Source of the DNA: Wolbachia endosymbiont strain TRS of Brugia malayi
Lineage (GTDB): Bacteria > Pseudomonadota > Alphaproteobacteria > Rickettsiales > Anaplasmataceae
Length of the DNA: 32,000 nucleotides
Direction of reading: 5' to 3'
Assembly (NCBI RefSeq): GCF_000008385.1
Contig: NC_006833.1
Coordinates: 30,001-62,000, forward strand
The number at the start of each line of letters is the position of its first letter. Within the stretch, counting starts at the first letter, position 1. The position numbers were made by a program, and so were the translations under genes. Positions 29,758 to 32,000 of this stretch are shown here, in pieces. The notes below the pieces were generated by a model. It was not told the origin of the DNA. It ran no database searches and worked only from the letters and a program-made list of their open reading frames with translations.

Positions 29758-31322
29758 ATGCAAACATTGCTTAAAAATAGGCTCTGCTCACTGTACTTTA
29801 TAGTACCATTATTTATATTTTATATAATAATTAATTTTCATATATTCTCTTTAATTTTTGGTCAGTTTAGTGCTGTAGAGGATTTAAAAAAGGGTACTAA
29901 GGCATACAGGCAACCTAATATTTTAGATAGGAATGGAGTGGTAATAGCAACAAATGTGCCACAACATCACTATATATAGATCCAACCAAAGTGAAAAATC
30001 TGGAAGGTATAGTAGCACAACTGCGTTCTATTTTTAATGACCTTGAGTACGAAAACCTGTGTAAAATACTCACTTAAAAAAGAAACTTACTTGGATAAAA
30101 CGGCATTTAATTTCAAAAGGGTGCTAGCGGTCAAAAGTGCCGGTGTGCCGGAAGTAAATTTTTGCGACAATGTAAGATGTGTATATCCACACAATAATTT
30201 GTTTTCACATGTGCTTGGCTACACTGATATAGATGGCAAGGGCATTGCTGGAGTTGAGGTATACATAAATAAGACTGGAATCCAGCCTCACGCTACTCGA
30301 ATGACACCTGGTGAATATGTTCAACTATCCTTAGATACATGAGTGCAAGGTATAGTACATGAAGAACTAACTAAGGCTGTAAATGGATGTCAGGTACTTG
30401 GTGGAGTAGGACTTGTTTTAAATGTGAAAAATAAGCAAGATCATTTCAGTGGTCAGCTTGCCTGATTTTGATTCCGATCTGCAAAATAAAGCGAAAAAGA
30501 AGTATAAGAGTTTAGTCTCGTTAGTCTTGGAGTGTATGAGATGGGATCAGTGTTAAAATTTTTTACAATAGCTGCAACGCTTGATGCAAACGTTGTAAAA
30601 ACTAGTGATTTGTATGACGTATCAAAGCCAATCACAATTGGAAAGTGTAAAATTTAGGATTTTCATAAATCTGAAGTCAAAAAAATTACCAAGATATATT
30701 TGTGAAATTATACAACATTAGTGCAGCAAAAGTTGCAGCCGAGTTAGGTACTGAGAAGCAAGTAGAATACTTTAAAACTATGAAACTTTTTTCTACTTTG
30801 AAAATGAAATACTAGAGAAATCTACACCAATAACCCCGTATAAATAGAGTGAAAGCACTTTAATAACGGCATCTTGCGGTTATGGAAAGATGTAACCCAG
30901 ATCCATCTTGTATAGACTGCAGCCGCATTAATCAGCAGTGGGATATTTCACAATGCAACTTTGATGTTAAATAAAGGAAGTATAGGAGAGCAGATTATTG
31001 CAAGAAGCGCTTACTGAGAAGTAAGAAAATTATTATGTGCAGCAGTAACAAATAGGATAGGTAGGAGAACAAGCATAAAAGCGTATTTGATAGGAGATAA
31101 AACTGTATCAGCAGAAAAAGTTGTAAACGATAAATACAACAAGAATGCAAACATAACATCATTTATAGGAGTGCTAACTACAGTTAACCCAGATATATAG
31201 TGCTAATTGTTATTAATGAACCTCAGGTCATACACCACACCTGAGGAATAATCACTACACCTATAGCTAAGAATATTATAAATAAAATAGCACCTATACT
31301 TAAATGTTACACCTGAGATGCA
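29758..31322 (+). pseudogene. ftsI: Disrupted ftsI (penicillin-binding protein 3 / peptidoglycan transpeptidase)
   Basis: Collinear fragments: NILDRNGVVIATNVP, TSLYIDPTKVKNLEGIVAQLRSIF, VRCVYPHNNLFSHVLGYTDIDGKGIAGVE, TPGEYVQLSLDT(TGA)VQGIVHEELTKAV, SLGVYEMGSVLKFFTIAATLDANVV (SxxK), VKLYNISAAKVA (degraded SxN), IGDKTVSAEKV (degraded KTG), NANITSFIGVLTTVNP. Multiple frameshifts and in-frame stops. Confidence 0.9.
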
Positions 31323-31326
31323 AGAA

Positions 31327-31674
31327 TTATGATTTCTTTATTAAAATTTTAAGTTTATAATCTTGTTCATTTTTATCAATACAAAGAAACCCATCTTTTG
31401 TTGCACTGCAATTTTCAGGGGCGATGTCTAAATTAATTTTTTTGCCACTGTCATCCATACTCAAATGAACTCTTGGTTCAAAAAAGTCAATTATGTTAGC
31501 CTCAAATTTCTTTGTTATCTTTCTATCCGGAGAAACCAGATTAAATTCCCGAATATTGCTTAGGTCAATATTTCCTATATAATTACTACACCCACTGTCT
31601 GTGCAATATGAACTCTCAACTATATAGCCTTCACTTGGAACTTCTGTAAAAAAATTCCATAAATCACTTGACAT
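31327..31674 (-). CDS. Hypothetical protein, 115 aa
   Basis: ATG-started ORF: MSSDLWNFFTEVPSEGYIVESSYCTDSGCSNYIGNIDLSNIREFNLVSPDRK...; four Cys, no recognised domain. Confidence 0.5.
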   Translation of the reverse strand: MSSDLWNFFTEVPSEGYIVESSYCTDSGCSNYIGNIDLSNIREFNLVSPDRKITKKFEANIIDFFEPRVHLSMDDSGKKINLDIAPENCSATKDGFLCIDKNEQDYKLKILIKKS

Positions 31675-31802
31675 ACAAAATACCCTTAATATTTACCACT
31701 TGAAGAAGTATATATACTTTTTAAGTATATGTAACCATAATACATCTCAAAATACAAAGTTCAACAGTTAATTGTGTGAAAGATAAAATTGCTAATGGCT
31801 AC

Positions 31803-32000
31803 TTAAATCCTTTTATTAGTTTTTTTCACCATGCTGTCAATCATGTGTTTTATTCCTTGATATACAGAATATGTACTTTCGTCTCTACGCATATAAGCAG
31901 AACAGGAAAACACATTATGTTCTTCGTCTTCTATTGATAACCCTGTGTCACATTTTATGTGCTCACCACCTAGCTTTTCTATCAACTTTTCTCTGTCATC
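31803..32000 (-). CDS. Hypothetical protein, C-terminal part (N-terminus outside window)
   Basis: The frame stays open to the window edge: DDREKLIEKLGGEHIKCDTGLSIEDEEHNVFSCSAYMRRDESTYSVYQGIKHMIDSMVKKTNKRI*; the ORF track start at 31985 is a TTG, so the true start probably lies beyond the window. Confidence 0.55.
   Translation of the reverse strand, partial: DDREKLIEKLGGEHIKCDTGLSIEDEEHNVFSCSAYMRRDESTYSVYQGIKHMIDSMVKKTNKRI

Noticed and set aside
31221-31246. Perfect inverted repeat CCTCAGGT...ACCTGAGG
   Set aside because: It lies inside the recognisable ftsI-derived sequence (INEPQ...HHT), has no T-run, and is best explained by chance.
1-32000. Search for CRISPR array, toxin-antitoxin pair, prophage WO genes, intact IS element, cif-like genes, rRNA/tmRNA
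   Set aside because: None could be recognised by reading; the intact genes are housekeeping and the remainder are pseudogenes or short non-coding repeats.

Overview
The gene content, codon usage and AT richness fit an Anaplasmataceae chromosome, most likely Wolbachia (inferred from the sequence, no database used). Well-supported intact genes: two cysteine desulfurase paralogs, an alpha/beta hydrolase, lolD, an A-type Fe-S carrier with an acidic insert, dgt, ribD, a SurA-like chaperone, mnmE, tRNA-Ser(UGA), topA, trhO, an iron ABC transporter permease, apaG, purK, asd, two tandem APC-family amino acid permeases and ispH. Between these are several decaying genes. The clearest are a broken ftsI (PBP3) with lost catalytic motifs, a shredded DUF4143-type AAA+ ATPase, and a fragmented J-domain/ankyrin-like candidate effector. 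There are also two pairs of diverged non-coding dispersed repeats. I found no CRISPR array, intact mobile element, toxin-antitoxin pair, prophage module or obviously new multi-gene system. The most useful leads are the ftsI lesion, the acidic insert in the Fe-S carrier, the J-domain/ankyrin remnant and the non-coding repeat pairs.
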